Below, piece after piece: positions 1 through 12,865 of a stretch of DNA of 64,000 nucleotides (the first letter of the stretch is position 1; every line of letters starts with the position of its first letter). The translations under genes were made by a program, and so were the position numbers. This DNA comes from Octopus sinensis. Lineage: Eukaryota. The stretch is from positions 30,007,360 through 30,071,359 of the forward strand of contig NC_043019.1 of NCBI RefSeq assembly GCF_006345805.1, in the 5' to 3' direction. The notes under the pieces were generated by a model that searched no databases, had not been told where the DNA came from, and saw only the letters and a program-made list of their open reading frames with translations.

Positions 1-72
1 GTCTTCTACTATTGACCAGGGACAAACAAAGCCTTCAGAGTGGATTTGGTAGACAGAAACGGAAAGAAGCCT
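1..72 (+). mobile_element. SINE family A, partial copy (CORE-like segment)
   Basis: Matches the internal segment (gtcttctactat...ggatttggtagac.gaaac.gaaagaagcc) of the full copies at 15794 and 25688; followed by (TG)n as in those copies. Confidence 0.8.
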
Positions 73-75
73 GTG

Positions 76-296
76 TATATGTGTATATGCATGTGTGTGT
101 GTGTATCTGTGTGTGTGTGTGTGTGTATCTGTGTGTGTGTGTGTATCTGTGTGTGTGTGTGTATCTGTGTGTGTGTGTGTGTGTGTATCTGTGTGTGTGT
201 ATGTGTGTGTGTGTATCTGTGTGTGTGAGTGCGTGTGTGTGTGAGCGCTTGTGTGTGTGTGTGTGTGTGTGAGTGCATGCGTGTGTGTGTGTGTGT
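76..296. repeat. (TG)n compound microsatellite
   Basis: Direct reading; explains the ORFs at 9..278. Confidence 0.95.
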
Positions 297-419
297 GACG
301 GCCTGCTGTGTAACCTTGGATCATAGAGTGACCCGCAACATCAAAATAAAAATTAAATGGAATTTGTAGTTAAGATACCCGTGCCGGTGGCACATAAAAA
401 CACCTTCCCTAATGTGGTC

Positions 420-632
420 ATAATGTGCTTTTGCATTGCTTTAGCCTTCAAAGGACACCACCCCACTGACTAGGCAAGCAGGTCAACATTCCCCCCTGAT
501 CAAAAGGGAGAGTGGAGCAATGTGAAATGAAGTGTTTTGCTGAAGAACACACTGTACAACCCAAGCAGGGAATCGAACCCTCGATCTAGTGACTGTGAAT
601 CCAACAGCCTAACCACTAGGCCATGCGCCTTC
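420..632 (-). mobile_element. SINE family B, degenerate 5' part
   Basis: Reverse complement begins tgaaggcgcatggcctagtggttagg with A/B-box-like motifs, matching the copy at 14042. Confidence 0.75.
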
Positions 633-863
633 ACATATACATATATTTAAAGAGATTTGTTGTGTAAGGGGTCACAACAATGCCAGAAGCTACAAAGTAA
701 ACTACAAAAGGAAAAGGAAAAGAAAACAAAAAAAAAGCAAAGTTGCTGTTTACCTTGTATTTCTATATTTCAGGGTTATAACCCCTTCTTCAGGACATGT
801 GTGTGTGTGTGTGTGAGTGTGTTTGTCACCACTGCAGCCTCTTATCTGGATTCAAGACAACAG

Positions 864-939
864 TGGTTGTTGTTGTTGTTGATGATGATGACGACGACGA
901 CGGTGGTGGAGGTGGTGGTGGTGGTGGTGATGATGATGG

Positions 940-970
<31 letters not shown>

Positions 971-1031
971 GATGGTGGTGGTGATGGTGGTGGTGGTGAT
1001 GATGATGATGATGTTGATGATGATGATGATT
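864..1031. repeat. (GTT)/(GAT)/(GAC)/(GGT) trinucleotide mosaic
   Basis: Direct reading. Confidence 0.95.
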
Positions 1032-1201
1032 GGAGATGCAAATGTATAAATTCGCACAGAATTTTGCAAAAATACCATAAACTCAAGGTATTGTTGTAAA
1101 AACCATTCGGAGAAGGGGAAAACCTCAAAATCACACTCCATTGACTTCTTATCATCCTTTTATTGGAACAATCCTAGAAGATGATCGCAGTATAGAGTAG
1201 A

Positions 1202-1355
1202 GGACACACATTAGCCATTCAGAAATGCTGTGTGGCGTTGTCAGCGACCAGCTTGTGGTTTCAAGTAATGAAAATTTCCACACCATATTACAAACAATAA
1301 ATGTTTAAGCGAAGTTTACAATCTTTGTGTGCTTCTGAATGGCTAACTTGTGTCC
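1202..1355. mobile_element. Small MITE with 23-bp terminal inverted repeats
   Basis: ggacacacattagccattcagaa / ttctgaatggctaacttgtgtcc, 21 of 23 complementary. Confidence 0.6.
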
Positions 1356-1635
1356 ACTATGCTGTGATTGATTTAGCTTCAACACATGGTCTTATCAAAA
1401 CATTTGCCTGGCAAATACACCTCCATAATCTAGAAGATATAAAATATGCATTTGAAATAGTTTCTGGTCATGTTACTTTCGCTTGTTATTGGAAAGTTAA
1501 GTATTCTTAGACAGTAAGATAAGTGTGAGAAACAAAAACAAGAAAAAAAGAAAAAAAGCATATGTTACTATAGTATAATGATATGCAGAAGTCTCTTATG
1601 AGATGGCTGTCATCTGACATGAAGAAGCAGTCGCC

Positions 1636-1843
1636 ATGTATATGTAAATAATGTAAATATATGTAAATGTGTGTGTGTACAGATGTGTATGTATCTGTGT
1701 GTGTGTATGTATATATATATATATATATATACTTTATATAAATATATGTACATATATAAATGTATGTATGTATATATATATATGTATATTATATATACAC
1801 ACACACACATGTACATATATGTGTGTGTGTATATGTATAATAT

Positions 1844-1885
<42 letters not shown>

Positions 1886-2069
1886 TGTATATATATGTGT
1901 GTGTGTATATGTATAATTATATATATATATACACACACATGTATATATATGTGTGTGTGTGTGTATATGTATAATATATATATACATGTATATGTATATA
2001 TAGATATCATATATACATACACACACACATATATGTATATGTACATATATATAACCATATAAATGTATG

Positions 2070-2108
<39 letters not shown>

Positions 2109-2124
2109 CACACACACACACATA
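1636..2124. repeat. (TA)/(TG)/(CA) microsatellite mosaic
   Basis: Direct reading. Confidence 0.95.
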
Positions 2125-2409
2125 TTATTGTTGATGTCATAGGAATTTAGAAACTTCGAGAATGTGAAATATTTCGTATTTTGGAATGGTCAATGTTGAA
2201 ATAGATGAAGCTATGAATATTCCTTTCTGTAGGTACAAGGCCTGAAAATTTTTCACATTTCATTCCTTTTACCCCAGTGTTCAACTGGTACCTATTTTAT
2301 TGACTCCAAAAGGATGAAAGGCCAAGTCAACCTTTGTGGAATTTGAACTGAGAATATAAACCTGGAAGAAATGATTCTAAGCATAAAAACAATTCTACCA
2401 GCTCACTGC

Positions 2410-2965
2410 ATAATAATAACAATGACAATAGTAATGTTAAATGTCACTATCCTCTGGGATTTTCCAGTCAACACAGACAGACCAATCCAGGCTAATCAAC
2501 CAGACCTAATTATTAAAGATAGGGAAGAAAATACTTGTAGACTAATAGATGTAAGTGTTCCCATTGATAAATATATATCTGTAAATGAATTTGACTAATT
2601 AAGTAAATATAAGGGCCTGGAAATTGAAATACAAAAGATATGGCATCTTAAAGCGAAAACTATTCCTGTTATTGTAGGTTCCCTAGGTAGTGGAAAAAAG
2701 GGATGTCAGAATCATCTAGATAACATCCCAGGAGAACCATGTCTCAGAAAAATCCAAAAGGTTGTGCTGACAAATACTGCCCACATTCTTAGAAAAACCC
2801 TATCAATTTAAATGTCTGTGTTGTATTACATGAAGCTATTTCACTACTTCCCCTTCCCAAGCCTTTAGTCATACTGTAACATCTCTTATCCTTCTCTTGC
2901 CTTAGGATGTTGGGTGTGTCTTGGCGAGTGATTGTAACAAACATACAGATTGAGAGTAAATATCA
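2410..2965 (+). mobile_element. R4/Dong-clade non-LTR retrotransposon 3' fragment (restriction-like endonuclease + 3' UTR), family Dong-1
   Basis: Translates VTILWDFPVNTDRPIQANQPDLIIKD...CRLIDVSVP...KY..LEIEIQKIW...TIPVIVGSLG...TAHILRKTLSI*, with one in-frame stop (PD..D..K-type RLE). Ends in (AAT)n. Its 3' tip recurs at 3228-3298. Confidence 0.85.
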
Positions 2966-3298
2966 ATAATAATAATAATAATGGTTTCAAATTTTGGAAC
3001 AAGGCCAGCAATTTCGGGGCAGTGGATAAGTAAATTATATCAACCGTTATGTTCAACTTGTACTTATTTTATTGACCTCTAAAGGATGTAAGGCAATGTC
3101 AATCTTATTAGAATTTGAACTCAGAACGTAACAACAGATGAAATACTGCTAAGCATTTTGCCCAACATGCTAGCAATTCTACCAGCTCACTGCCTGAAAA
3201 AAAAAATAGAATAATGATAATAATAATGCACTCACTCCAGGATGTTGGGTGTGTCTCGGTAAGTGAATGTAACAAACATGAAGATTAAAAGTAAAATA

Positions 3299-3346
3299 AC
3301 AACAACAACAACAACAACAATAATAACAATAATAATAATAATAATG

Positions 3347-3384
<38 letters not shown>
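3299..3384. repeat. (AAC)n/(AAT)n microsatellite
   Basis: Direct reading; follows the second Dong-1 3' tip. Confidence 0.95.
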
Positions 3385-3385
<1 letters not shown>

Positions 3386-3910
3386 TCCTTTCTACTATAG
3401 GCACAAGGTCTGAAATTTTTGGGGAGATGGCAAGTCGATTACATTGACCCCAGTACTCAACTGGTACTTATTTCATTGACCCTGAAAGGATGAAAGGCAA
3501 AGTTGACCTTGGTGGAATCTGCACTCAGAACATAAAACCGGAAGAAATGTCAGCAGACATTTTATCCAATTTGCTAACAACTCTGCCATAATTGTAACAA
3601 TCTTCTCTATTGTGGGCACAAGACCTGAAATTTTTGGTGGGTTGGGGGCTAGTTGAGTACATCAACCTAGTACTTGACTGGTACTTTATTTTATCAACTG
3701 CAGAAGGATAAAGTGGAGGCATGTAGCTTAGTGGTGAGGATGTCAAACTCATGATTGTGAGATTAAAGTTTTGATTCCTGGGCTGGGTGACGCATTGTGT
3801 TTTTGAGCAAGACACTTCATTTCATGTTGCTCCAGTCTGGTCTCGGCTGGTAAAAATGAGTAATCCTGCAACAGACCGGTGTCCCATCCAGGAGGGGAAT
3901 ATATATATAT

Positions 3911-4325
3911 TTCTTTATTGACCTCAAGGAGCTAAACACAGAGGGGACAAACAAGGACAGACAAACGGATTAAGTCGATTACATTGACTCCAGTGTGTAA
4001 CTGGTACTTAATTTATCGACCCCGAAAGGATGAAAGGCAAAGTTGACCGTGGCAGAATTTGAACTCAGAATGTAATGGTAGACGAAATACCTATTTCTTT
4101 ATTACCCACAAGGGGCTAAACATAGAGGGGACAAACAAGGACAAGCAAACGGATTAAGTCGATTACATCGACCCCAGTGCACAACTGGTACTTATTTAAT
4201 CGACCCCGAAAGGATGAAAGACAGAGCCGACCTCGGCGGAATTTGAACTCAGAATGTAGCGGCAGACGAAATACCGCTAAGTATTTCACCCGGCGTGCTA
4301 ACGTTTCTGCCAGCTCGCCGCCTTA
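3911..4325 (-). mobile_element. SINE family C, two tandem copies
   Basis: Reverse complement begins aaggcggcgagctggcagaaacgttagcac...gagttcaaattccgccgaggtcg (B box). Many other copies, e.g. 9960-10130, 18765-19150, 21845-22078, 47170-47300. Confidence 0.9.
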
Positions 4326-4329
4326 AGGG

Positions 4330-4363
<34 letters not shown>

Positions 4364-4540
4364 AATATTAGGGAATAAATCCAAATTTACAGGGAAAAAA
4401 TCAGATTTAGGATTAAATCCAATTTTATAGTAAAATATTATATAATATTAATTAGAGACAAAACCACTATTTTGCAAAACAAACAAGGAAAGACTTAATC
4501 AATACATAAAATTTTAATAAAAAGTAAAATTAATATATAA

Positions 4541-4581
<41 letters not shown>

Positions 4582-5136
4582 ATGGAAACCAAGAAACAAG
4601 GAAACCAGTCTTATGAGTCTCTATGACTTGGGACGGTTCTTTATATCCCCCCAACAGTTTTTTTTTAAAAGATAAAAAGTAAAGTCAATCTCAGCTCAAG
4701 TGTAATTACAATAATAGTTGTTGTTGTTGTTGTGACCATCACCATCTCATTTTTGCCATGACAGCAGTTTATTTATAATACTGATTATCCTGTTCCCCAT
4801 TTCTTTTGGCTACAATTTTTATTATTCTGTTGTCTTGACAATTTCTGTATGGTTAACGACAGATTGAGTTGCAGAGTGGATGAATGCAAACTCACATGGC
4901 TGCGTGTATGTTTGGCGCAGGTGTGCTTGGAATATGTGTGGGTGTGTGTGTGTGCATACATAAAGGTGTGGGCGAGTGTTTTTTTGCATGTTTACTCATG
5001 TTGAAACATACTTCTCACTCTCTCTGTCTCTCCCTGTGTCTCTCTCTGTCTCTCTCTCTGTCTCCCTATCTGTATCTCTCTCTTTCTCTCCCTTGGGCTG
5101 CCTCATGTATGTGTGTGTGTATGTGTGAGGAAGAGT

Positions 5137-5471
5137 ATGTATGTATGCATGTATGCATGTATGTATGTATGTATGTATGTATGTATGTATGTATGTATGT
5201 ATGCATGTATGCATGCATGTATGTATGTATGTTGTATGTATGTATGTATGTATGTATGTATGTATGTATGTATGTATGTATGTATGCATGCATGTATGTA
5301 TGTATGTATGTATGTATGTATGTATGTATGCATGTATGCATGCATGTATGTATGTATGTATGTATGTATGTATGCATGCATGTATGTATGCATGCATGCA
5401 TGTATGTATGTATGTATGTATGTATGTATGTGTATGTATGTATGTATGTATGCATGCATGTATGTATGTAT
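5137..5471. repeat. (TATG)n/(CATG) tetranucleotide array
   Basis: Direct reading; explains the ORFs at 4884-5666. Confidence 0.95.
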
Positions 5472-6460
5472 GTGTGCCCTGTGAATGTTACGTGTGTGTG
5501 TGTGTGTGTGTTTGCTTGCATGTTTGCTCATGTTGAAACATACCTTTCTCTCTCTCTTTCTCTTTCTCTGTCTCTCTCTCTCTCTGTCTCTCTCTCCCTC
5601 CTATTTCTCTCTCTCTCTTTCTGCCTTCCCCTTGGTCTACCCCCATGTATATGTGTATATGTGTGATGAAGAATATGTGTGTACGTGTGCCCTGTGAAAT
5701 GTTAAGTGTGTGGGTATGGGTATGTGTGTTTGAGTTTTGTGCATGTATTTGTGTACGTGTATATGTGTGTATGTGTATGTATGCGTATGTGTGTATGTGT
5801 ATGTATGCGTATGTATGTGTATGCATGTGTCTAATTGCTTGCATACCAGAGTGAAGATGTGTGCATGTGTTTGGAAGCATACATGAGTATATATCTTGGT
5901 ATATGTGTCTTGTGTGCATGTGTGTATGTGTGTGTGTATTCTCATGCACATTGTGTGTGTATGTGTGTGTGTGTGTGTGTACTCATGCACATTGTGTGTG
6001 TGTGTGTGTGTGAACGAATGGTATAACCTTGTTTGGTAATTTCTGTGTGCCATGTTTCTTGTATTTATCATTAGTATTATTCTTGTTGTTATTGTTGTTG
6101 GATATTACCATGGAAACCCACTAAGAGAGGACACCTGCCTGCTGTGCTGTGTGGTCGTTGGTCAGTTCCAGAATTAATCAGGCATTGTGTAGACCACCGT
6201 TTTCTAAGTTCTTCCTGATTAACAGGTAACCATTGCTATTTCTGGGAAGGCTTCCTCAGTCCCTCAAGATTCTGCTGAATTTCTTCATCAGTCACGGTTG
6301 TGGTTATGTGATAAGAAGCTTACTTACCAACCACATGGTCCTGGGTTCATTCCCACTGAATAGCACTTTGGGCAAGTACCTTCTACTATAGCATTAGGGC
6401 AACCAAAGCCTTGCGAGTAGATTTGGTAGATGGAAACTGAAAGAAGCCTGTTGTGTGTGT

Positions 6461-6504
<44 letters not shown>

Positions 6505-6509
<5 letters not shown>

Positions 6510-6700
6510 ATCCAAACATGAAAACACAAAGAGAAAACACAACAAAGCGAGGACGTGGAACAAATATAGTATTATTGGATGCTCAGGAAGAAGGGAAGAA
6601 GGGGCTCTTCGTCAGAAACATAGGAAAGGAAAGATCCAGAGAAGGGAAGCCGGAGGAAAAAAAATCGCCAACGGTACACACGTGGTCACATTTTAAACAT
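6505..6700 (-). mobile_element. Penelope-like terminal-repeat fragment between (TA)n tracts, carrying the 5' half of a hammerhead core
   Basis: Reverse complement contains tttCTGACGAAGAGC (6604-6618), but the GCTC-GAAAC half is absent; flanked by (TA)n on both sides. Confidence 0.45.
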
Positions 6701-6736
6701 ATATACATATGTATATATATATATATATATATATAT

Positions 6737-6779
<43 letters not shown>

Positions 6780-6819
6780 TATACATACATATATATATAT
6801 ATATATTATATTTCATCAT

Positions 6820-7040
6820 CATCATCATTTAACGTCTGCTTTCCATGCTAGCATGGGTTGGATGATTTGACTGAGGACTAGCAAACCAGATGGCTGCACC
6901 AGGCTCCAATCTGATCTGGCAGTTTCTACAGCTTGATGGCCATCCTAATGCCAACCACTCCGAGAGTGTAGTGGATACTGTTATGTGCCACCGGCACGAG
7001 TGCCAGACTTGTTGTACTGGCAGCGGCCACGCTTAAATAT
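6820..7040 (-). mobile_element. SINE family D with (GAT)n tail
   Basis: Same body as 21020-21320, 27665-28070, 39535-39850 and 47365-47600 (core tggttggcgttaggaagggcatccagctgtag; tail gacgttaaacgatgatgatg). Confidence 0.8.
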
Positions 7041-7221
7041 TCTACTTCTTTTATTTTCAGACTGGCCACAGCTGGCCTCTCACTCCTACCCTACAATGTC
7101 ATTTTAAATATAAACAGTCACATCATTGGAATCACAAAGCTATGAGATAATACATAATTAATTGAAAACAATGTGAATAAATAAGCATTATATTTGATAG
7201 AGTAATCTGAATGCTAAAGGC

Positions 7222-7453
7222 TTAACCGTTTAGCATTTAAAGTGACCATATCCAACCCAGATATTCTACCTGTTTTATGGTCAAACTGGCCAGATCCAGC
7301 CCCTCATGCATACCCTACAATGTCATTCTATATATAAAAACAGTCGCATCATTGAAATCTCAAAGCTATGAGATAGTACATGGTTAATTCAAAATCACAT
7401 GAATAAAATAAGCATTACATTTGACATTCTGATCTGAATGCTAAAAGGCTTAA
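7222..7453 (+). mobile_element. piggyBac-like MITE (TTAA-flanked), preceded by a partial tandem copy from ~7058
   Basis: ttaacc.tttagcatt ... aatgctaaa(a)ggcttaa termini. Same family at 20200-20428 (-), 55403-55630 and ~61465-61685. Confidence 0.7.
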
Positions 7454-7741
7454 CTGTAAAAAAATAATTTTTTCTAAAGCTGAAGAAAAAAATGATTTTT
7501 TAATTGTTTTGCTTTAACCCTTTCCTTGGCATATTTCTATTGAAATTTCATTGCCATTGTTTTAATTGATTGAAAAGAATTAAAAATTTTATTAAAATAA
7601 CTTTGTCATTAGCAAATTGATGGTTGCAACATGAATTGACATGGAACTGTGATGAAAGATTTTAATTTAGATCATTTAAAAATAGGAAGCTTGTATTATA
7701 GAACCAGAGGCAGTCTTGTGGGTCTTTGGTAAATTTATCTT

Positions 7742-8187
7742 TTTACTTGCTTCAGTCATTAGACTGCGGTCATGCTGGGGCTCTGCCTCGAATATTTAGT
7801 CAAATGAATCGACCCCAGAACTTAGTTTTTAAGCCTGGTACTTATTCTATTGGTTTCTTTTGCTGAACTGCCTGCTTACAGGGATGCAAACACACCAACA
7901 CCAGTTGTTAAGTGGTGGTGGGGGACAAACACAGACAAAAACACACACATAGATATATACATACATACATACATATATACACACACACACACACATATAT
8001 ATATATGTATATATATATATATACACGGTGGGCTTGTTTCAGTTCCGTCTACCAAATCCACTCACAAGGCTTTGGTCAGCCTGAGGCTATAGTAGATGAC
8101 ACTTGCCCAAGGCGCCATGCAGTGGGACTGAACCCTGAATCATGTAGCTGGGAAGCAAACTTCTCACCACACAGCCATGCCTATGCC
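7742..8187 (-). mobile_element. SINE family A, near full length
   Basis: Head, (TG/TA)n spacer and 3' tail all match the copy at 15794-16210. Confidence 0.85.
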
Positions 8188-8654
8188 CTAGTATTTTTAT
8201 GAGAAGGGTTAAATGTTTCTCTCTCCCTCAGTCTCTCTGTCTTTCTCTCTCTCCTTTCATTGCATTATGAGTGCTACATTAATTACGTCCTGAGATTTGT
8301 TATTCTAATGGGCCATTGAGGGATCTTTGACACCAGTCATAGACAAACTGTGGCTGATTGGATCTTCTGAATTGTATGCCTAGCCAAAACATTACCCTGA
8401 AATTTTTTGTAGTGCAGCCCACCTGATGATAACCCATGTCTCATGTGGCCCACTTCATGAAAAATGTTGCTCATGCCTGCTCTTCTTTGTGATCATTTGA
8501 TTTGCTAAAAATAGATGCCAAATCTCTCTACTCTTTTAAAAATGATGTGTTGGTTAAATAATGTAATGCTAGATACATTGTACCTAAAACAAAGGTTGGG
8601 TGGTTATGACTTAAATTTTTTTTTTAGCCTTATATCTGCTGGATCTGTGCAGAA

Positions 8655-9075
8655 TACTCAAGATCACGTATAGGGACAGAATCACAAGCTCTGAAATCCT
8701 GAGAAGAACCAATTCACACAACCTGCTGGAGAGTTTGATAGAAAGAAGAATGAGACTTGCAGGTCATGTTTTCTAATTGCCAGAAGGACAAATATCCAAG
8801 ACAGTTATACAAAGGGTTCTTCCAGAGGGATGAAGAAAGAGAGAGAAATCCAAGAAGACATCGAATGCCACCTTTAAAGAAAGTCTGAAGTAACTTGCAT
8901 CCCCTGTGAAGATGTTAGACTTACAGGTCATGTTTTCTAATCGCCAGAAGGACAAATATCCAAGACAGTTATACAAAGGGTTCTTCCAGAGGGATGAAGA
9001 AAGAGAGAGAAATCCAAGAAGGCATGGAATGCCACCTTTAAAGAAAGTCTGAAGTAACTTGCATCCCCTGCGAAG
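8655..9075 (+). mobile_element. RTE-clade LINE ORF2 C-terminal remnant with an internal 164-bp tandem duplication
   Basis: Translates ILKITYRDRITSSEILRRTN...RRMRLAGHVF..PEGQISKTVIQRVLPEG.RKR (RTE tail motif). The unit caggtcatgttttctaat starts at 8760 and again at 8924. Confidence 0.75.
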
Positions 9076-11299
9076 ATGCAGTTGACCATATTCAAAACCA
9101 AGATTATTGCAGGCCATCTGTATTGGAGGAAGTAAGACTTCTATGACTAAGATCTTCTGGGTTAGGGTTGGCTTGATGTGATTTAAGAGTGGGGGTCTCT
9201 TGGCCCCTTTGGCCATGGGACACACCATAGAATTGTATGTTCAAACTGCATTTTCTATTAACACGAACCAATGGCAGTTGTTGGTATTTATGAAAGGGGC
9301 TTGTAAATAATGTAATGTAAAATTACTATGTTCAGTCTTGCATGTAAAGATATTGTCTTCTATGATTCAGTGATTACCATGATATTGAATAAATTAACTT
9401 CTTGCATGGAATAAATGTTTGAAATATTTCGCAATAAACAGCATCACTTCATTCTCTCTCTTTCTCTGTCTGTCTGTCTGTTTGTTCTTTCTTCATCCAT
9501 TTTGAATAACGTTAGTGTGTGTGTGCCATGAGGGAGACAAGAATGCTGACGTTTCAAAGAGAACTCTTATTTGAAAGAAGTTAAATAAATTTCTTATCTT
9601 TACTATATAACATTTCTCCATGTAGACCACCACCAGTTTACTTAAAATCTGGTTTTTATTTACTATCTCTCTTTCTCTATATATACATCATCATCATCAT
9701 CATCATCATCATGGTTGGACAGTTTGACTAGGGTTGGCAAGCTGCATCAGACTCTCATCTGCCTGTCTGTCAATATATTTATATCTGCCTATATGTTTGG
9801 TTGTTTTTCTCTTGCACAATGTGTGTATACACACACCAATACATACATGCATATTATGTATACATATATATATATATATATACATATATATATGATATAT
9901 GTATACATATATCTATATATACATATATATATAATAATATATATATATATATATATATTAGCCGTATTCGTCTGCCGTTACGTTCTGGGTTCAATTCCAC
10001 CGTGGTCGACTTTGCCTTTCATCCTTTCGGGGTCGATAAATTAAGTACCAGTTACGCACTGGGGTCGATGTAATCAACTTAATCCCTTTCTGTCCTTTCT
10101 ATGTTTAGCCCCTTGTGGGTAATAAAAAAACATATATATATATATACACACACAGATATGTAGATATATGTGTGTGTTGCAAAAAATATACATATATTGT
10201 TGATGCCATATGAATTAAGCTACAAATAATACCATGTAAATATTGGGTTAAAAGACCCTTTGGGTAGGAAGTGTTGAAGTCTGCTTGTGAGGCTTGAACC
10301 CACATCTTCTGTAAATATGACGGATGTTCTACCACTGGACCAAGGCATTCCTTCAAGTTTTTAAATCCATTTTAGAAACTTTATTCTTTCCAGCAAGAAT
10401 TGTATATTGTTGATGTCATAAGAATTTAGAAACTTTGAGAATGTGAAATAATTCTTTTTAGGAATGGTTAGTCTTGAAGAAAGTATAGCTGAGATGTGGG
10501 ATCAAGTCCCAGGAGCAACCTTTGACTTTTTCTATCCAAATGTTTTTTTAAAACCAATATTTGCATGATATTATTTAAAGATTTCTTTAAGGTGGTGAGC
10601 TGGCAGAATCATTAGCATGCCTGGCAAAAGTGCTTTCATCCTTCTTTACATTTGGAGTTCAAATTCTGCTAAGGTTGACTTTGCCTTTCATCTTTTTGAG
10701 GTTGATAAATAAATACAGGTTGCATACTGGGGTTGATCTAATCAACTATCCCCCTCCCCCAAATTGCAGGCCTTGTACCTATAGTAGAAAGGATTGATTA
10801 TGGATTTCTTTATCTGCTCTGAGATTCATCATTCCTAGAAAGAATTATGTTTTCGTATTTATATTTCTGTTTGTCTGTCTGTGTTCGTGTCTCTCTCTCT
10901 ATCTTACAATCAATTCTTTTCTTCTCTTGGCACAAGGCCTGAAATTTAGGGGGAGGGGGCCAGTTGATTAGATTGACTCCCATATGCAACTGGTAATTAA
11001 TTTCCCGACCCTGAAAGGATGAAAGGAAAAGTCGACCTCGGCGGAATTTGAACTCAGAACATAAAGACAGATGAAATACCGCTAAGCATTTCGCCTGGTG
11101 TGCTAACATAATGCTTAGCTGTAATTCATCTCTTACAATCAATTGATCTATCAATCTACCACAGAATGTTGATGGGTCTGTAGCACAAGACATGAATTTT
11201 TCACCATTTTTCACAGCAATCTAACTGATTGAAACACAGTAAACACTTCTTTGAAATTACTATCTATCTACCTATCTATTTATCTATCTGTCTGTTAGT

Positions 11300-11575
11300 C
11301 TTATCTGTCTGTCTCTCTCTTTCTCTCTCTGTCTTTCTTTCTCTCTCTGTCTTTCTTTCTCTCTCTCTGTCTTTCTATCTCTCTCTCTGTCTTTCTATCT
11401 CTCTCTCTGTCTTGCTATCTCTCCCTGTCTTTCTATCTCTCTCTCTCTCTGTCTTTCTATCTCTTTCTCTCTCTGTCTTTCTATATATCTCTCTCTCTCT
11501 GTCTTTCTATATCTCTCTCTGTCTTTCTATATATCTCTCTCTCTCTGTCTTTCTATATCTCTCTCTGTCTTAATA

Positions 11576-11606
<31 letters not shown>

Positions 11607-11655
11607 TCCTCTCTCTCTCTCTCTCTCTCTCTCTGTCTTTCTATCTCTCTCTCTT
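11300..11655. repeat. Pyrimidine-rich (CT)n-based minisatellite (tctctctctgtctttcta-like)
   Basis: Direct reading. Confidence 0.9.
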
Positions 11656-12127
11656 TGTCCTTCACTAACTTGCATCCCCCTCCTCTTTTTCTCTCTCTTA
11701 TTCATAAATAATATCCAAGAAAATTCAAATTAAATACTTCTAAAAGTGCAAGATAGCTGTTCCCACCTTTTGATTATTTCTAATTGTTTTCATCAATTTT
11801 CTTATCAATTTCCAGTATTTTATTTATTAACATATTTCCATTGTTATTATTTTAAATGAATTTCAATAATCATTTTTTTAAAGCTATAATTCAGTTTTCT
11901 ACACAGTTTACACTGAATATTTAATTTCATTAATGTCACATATTATTCTTTTATTTGTTACCTTTTACTTGTTTCAGTCACTGGACTGTGGCCATGCTGG
12001 AACAAGTTGACCATAGTACTTATTTTGTGTTTTTTTTTTAAGCCTGGTACTTATTCTATTGGTCTTTTTCTTTTGAACTGGTAATTTATGGGGACATAAG
12101 GAAATCAACACACAAACACAAAGACAA

Positions 12128-12173
<46 letters not shown>

Positions 12174-12217
12174 TCAGTTATTTTCTTTCGCGGCCTAATC
12201 GATGCAAGTTATAAACA

Positions 12218-12534
12218 ATTAATACAGGTCAATGGTTAGTGCTATTATCTGGTATTGCAATGTTTGAGAAATATTGAAAAACCAGGTAAAAATACTAATC
12301 ATTGACCTGTATTAATTTCTTTATAATTTGTATTATAAATATAGTTTTCCTGAAGTATTGACTAAAATATTTGTATAAATGTTTTTAATTATTTCTTTTA
12401 AAGCCAAAACAATACAAATTATAAAGAAATTAATAGAGGTCAATGATTAGTATTTTTACCTGGTTTTTCAATATTTCTCAAACCTGAAACATTGCAATAC
12501 CTGATAATAGCACTAACCATTGACCTGTATTAAT
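12218..12534. mobile_element. Foldback MITE with ~117-bp terminal inverted repeats
   Basis: 12218-12334 is the reverse complement of 12411-12534 (the right arm has a 7-nt insert). Termini TA-CAGGTCAATG, Tc1/mariner-like. Confidence 0.8.
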
Positions 12535-12709
12535 ATATATATCATCATTATCATCATCATCATCGTTTAACGTCCGTTCTCCATGCTAGCATGGGTTGGA
12601 CGGTTCAACCGGGGATCTGGGAAGCCAGAAGGCTGCACCAAGCTCCGGTCTTATCTGGCAATGTTTCTACAGCTGGATGCCCTTCCTAATGCCAGTTATA
12701 TATATATAT

Positions 12710-12865
12710 AGGGAGAGTTTATGAAAAAAACAAAAGACGAAGACAGGTGGTGTACAATACAAACAGATGTATTAGTATAACGCTCAGGAATAGAAAAAGT
12801 ATTTTACGTTTCGAGCCTACACTCTTCTACAGAAAGGGACACAGAAAAAACAAGGAGAGAAAAAA
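12710..12865 (-). mobile_element. Penelope-like terminal-repeat fragment with a degenerate minimal hammerhead motif
   Basis: Reverse complement 12835-12802 reads TTT-CTGTAGA-A-GAGT(gtag)GCTC-GAAAC-GT-A-AAA; adjacent to (TA)n. Confidence 0.55.

Noticed and set aside
4863-4920. Possible upstream exon LSCRVDECKLTWLRVCLAQ, phase-compatible with 20535
   Set aside because: Weak acceptor and donor (cag|gtgtgc), running into TG-rich simple sequence. Not excluded, but unsupported.
4884-5666. 260-aa ORF, and similar MYVC/HTHT/IYIY ORFs throughout the window
   Set aside because: Translations of (TATG)n, (TG)n and (TA)n microsatellites.
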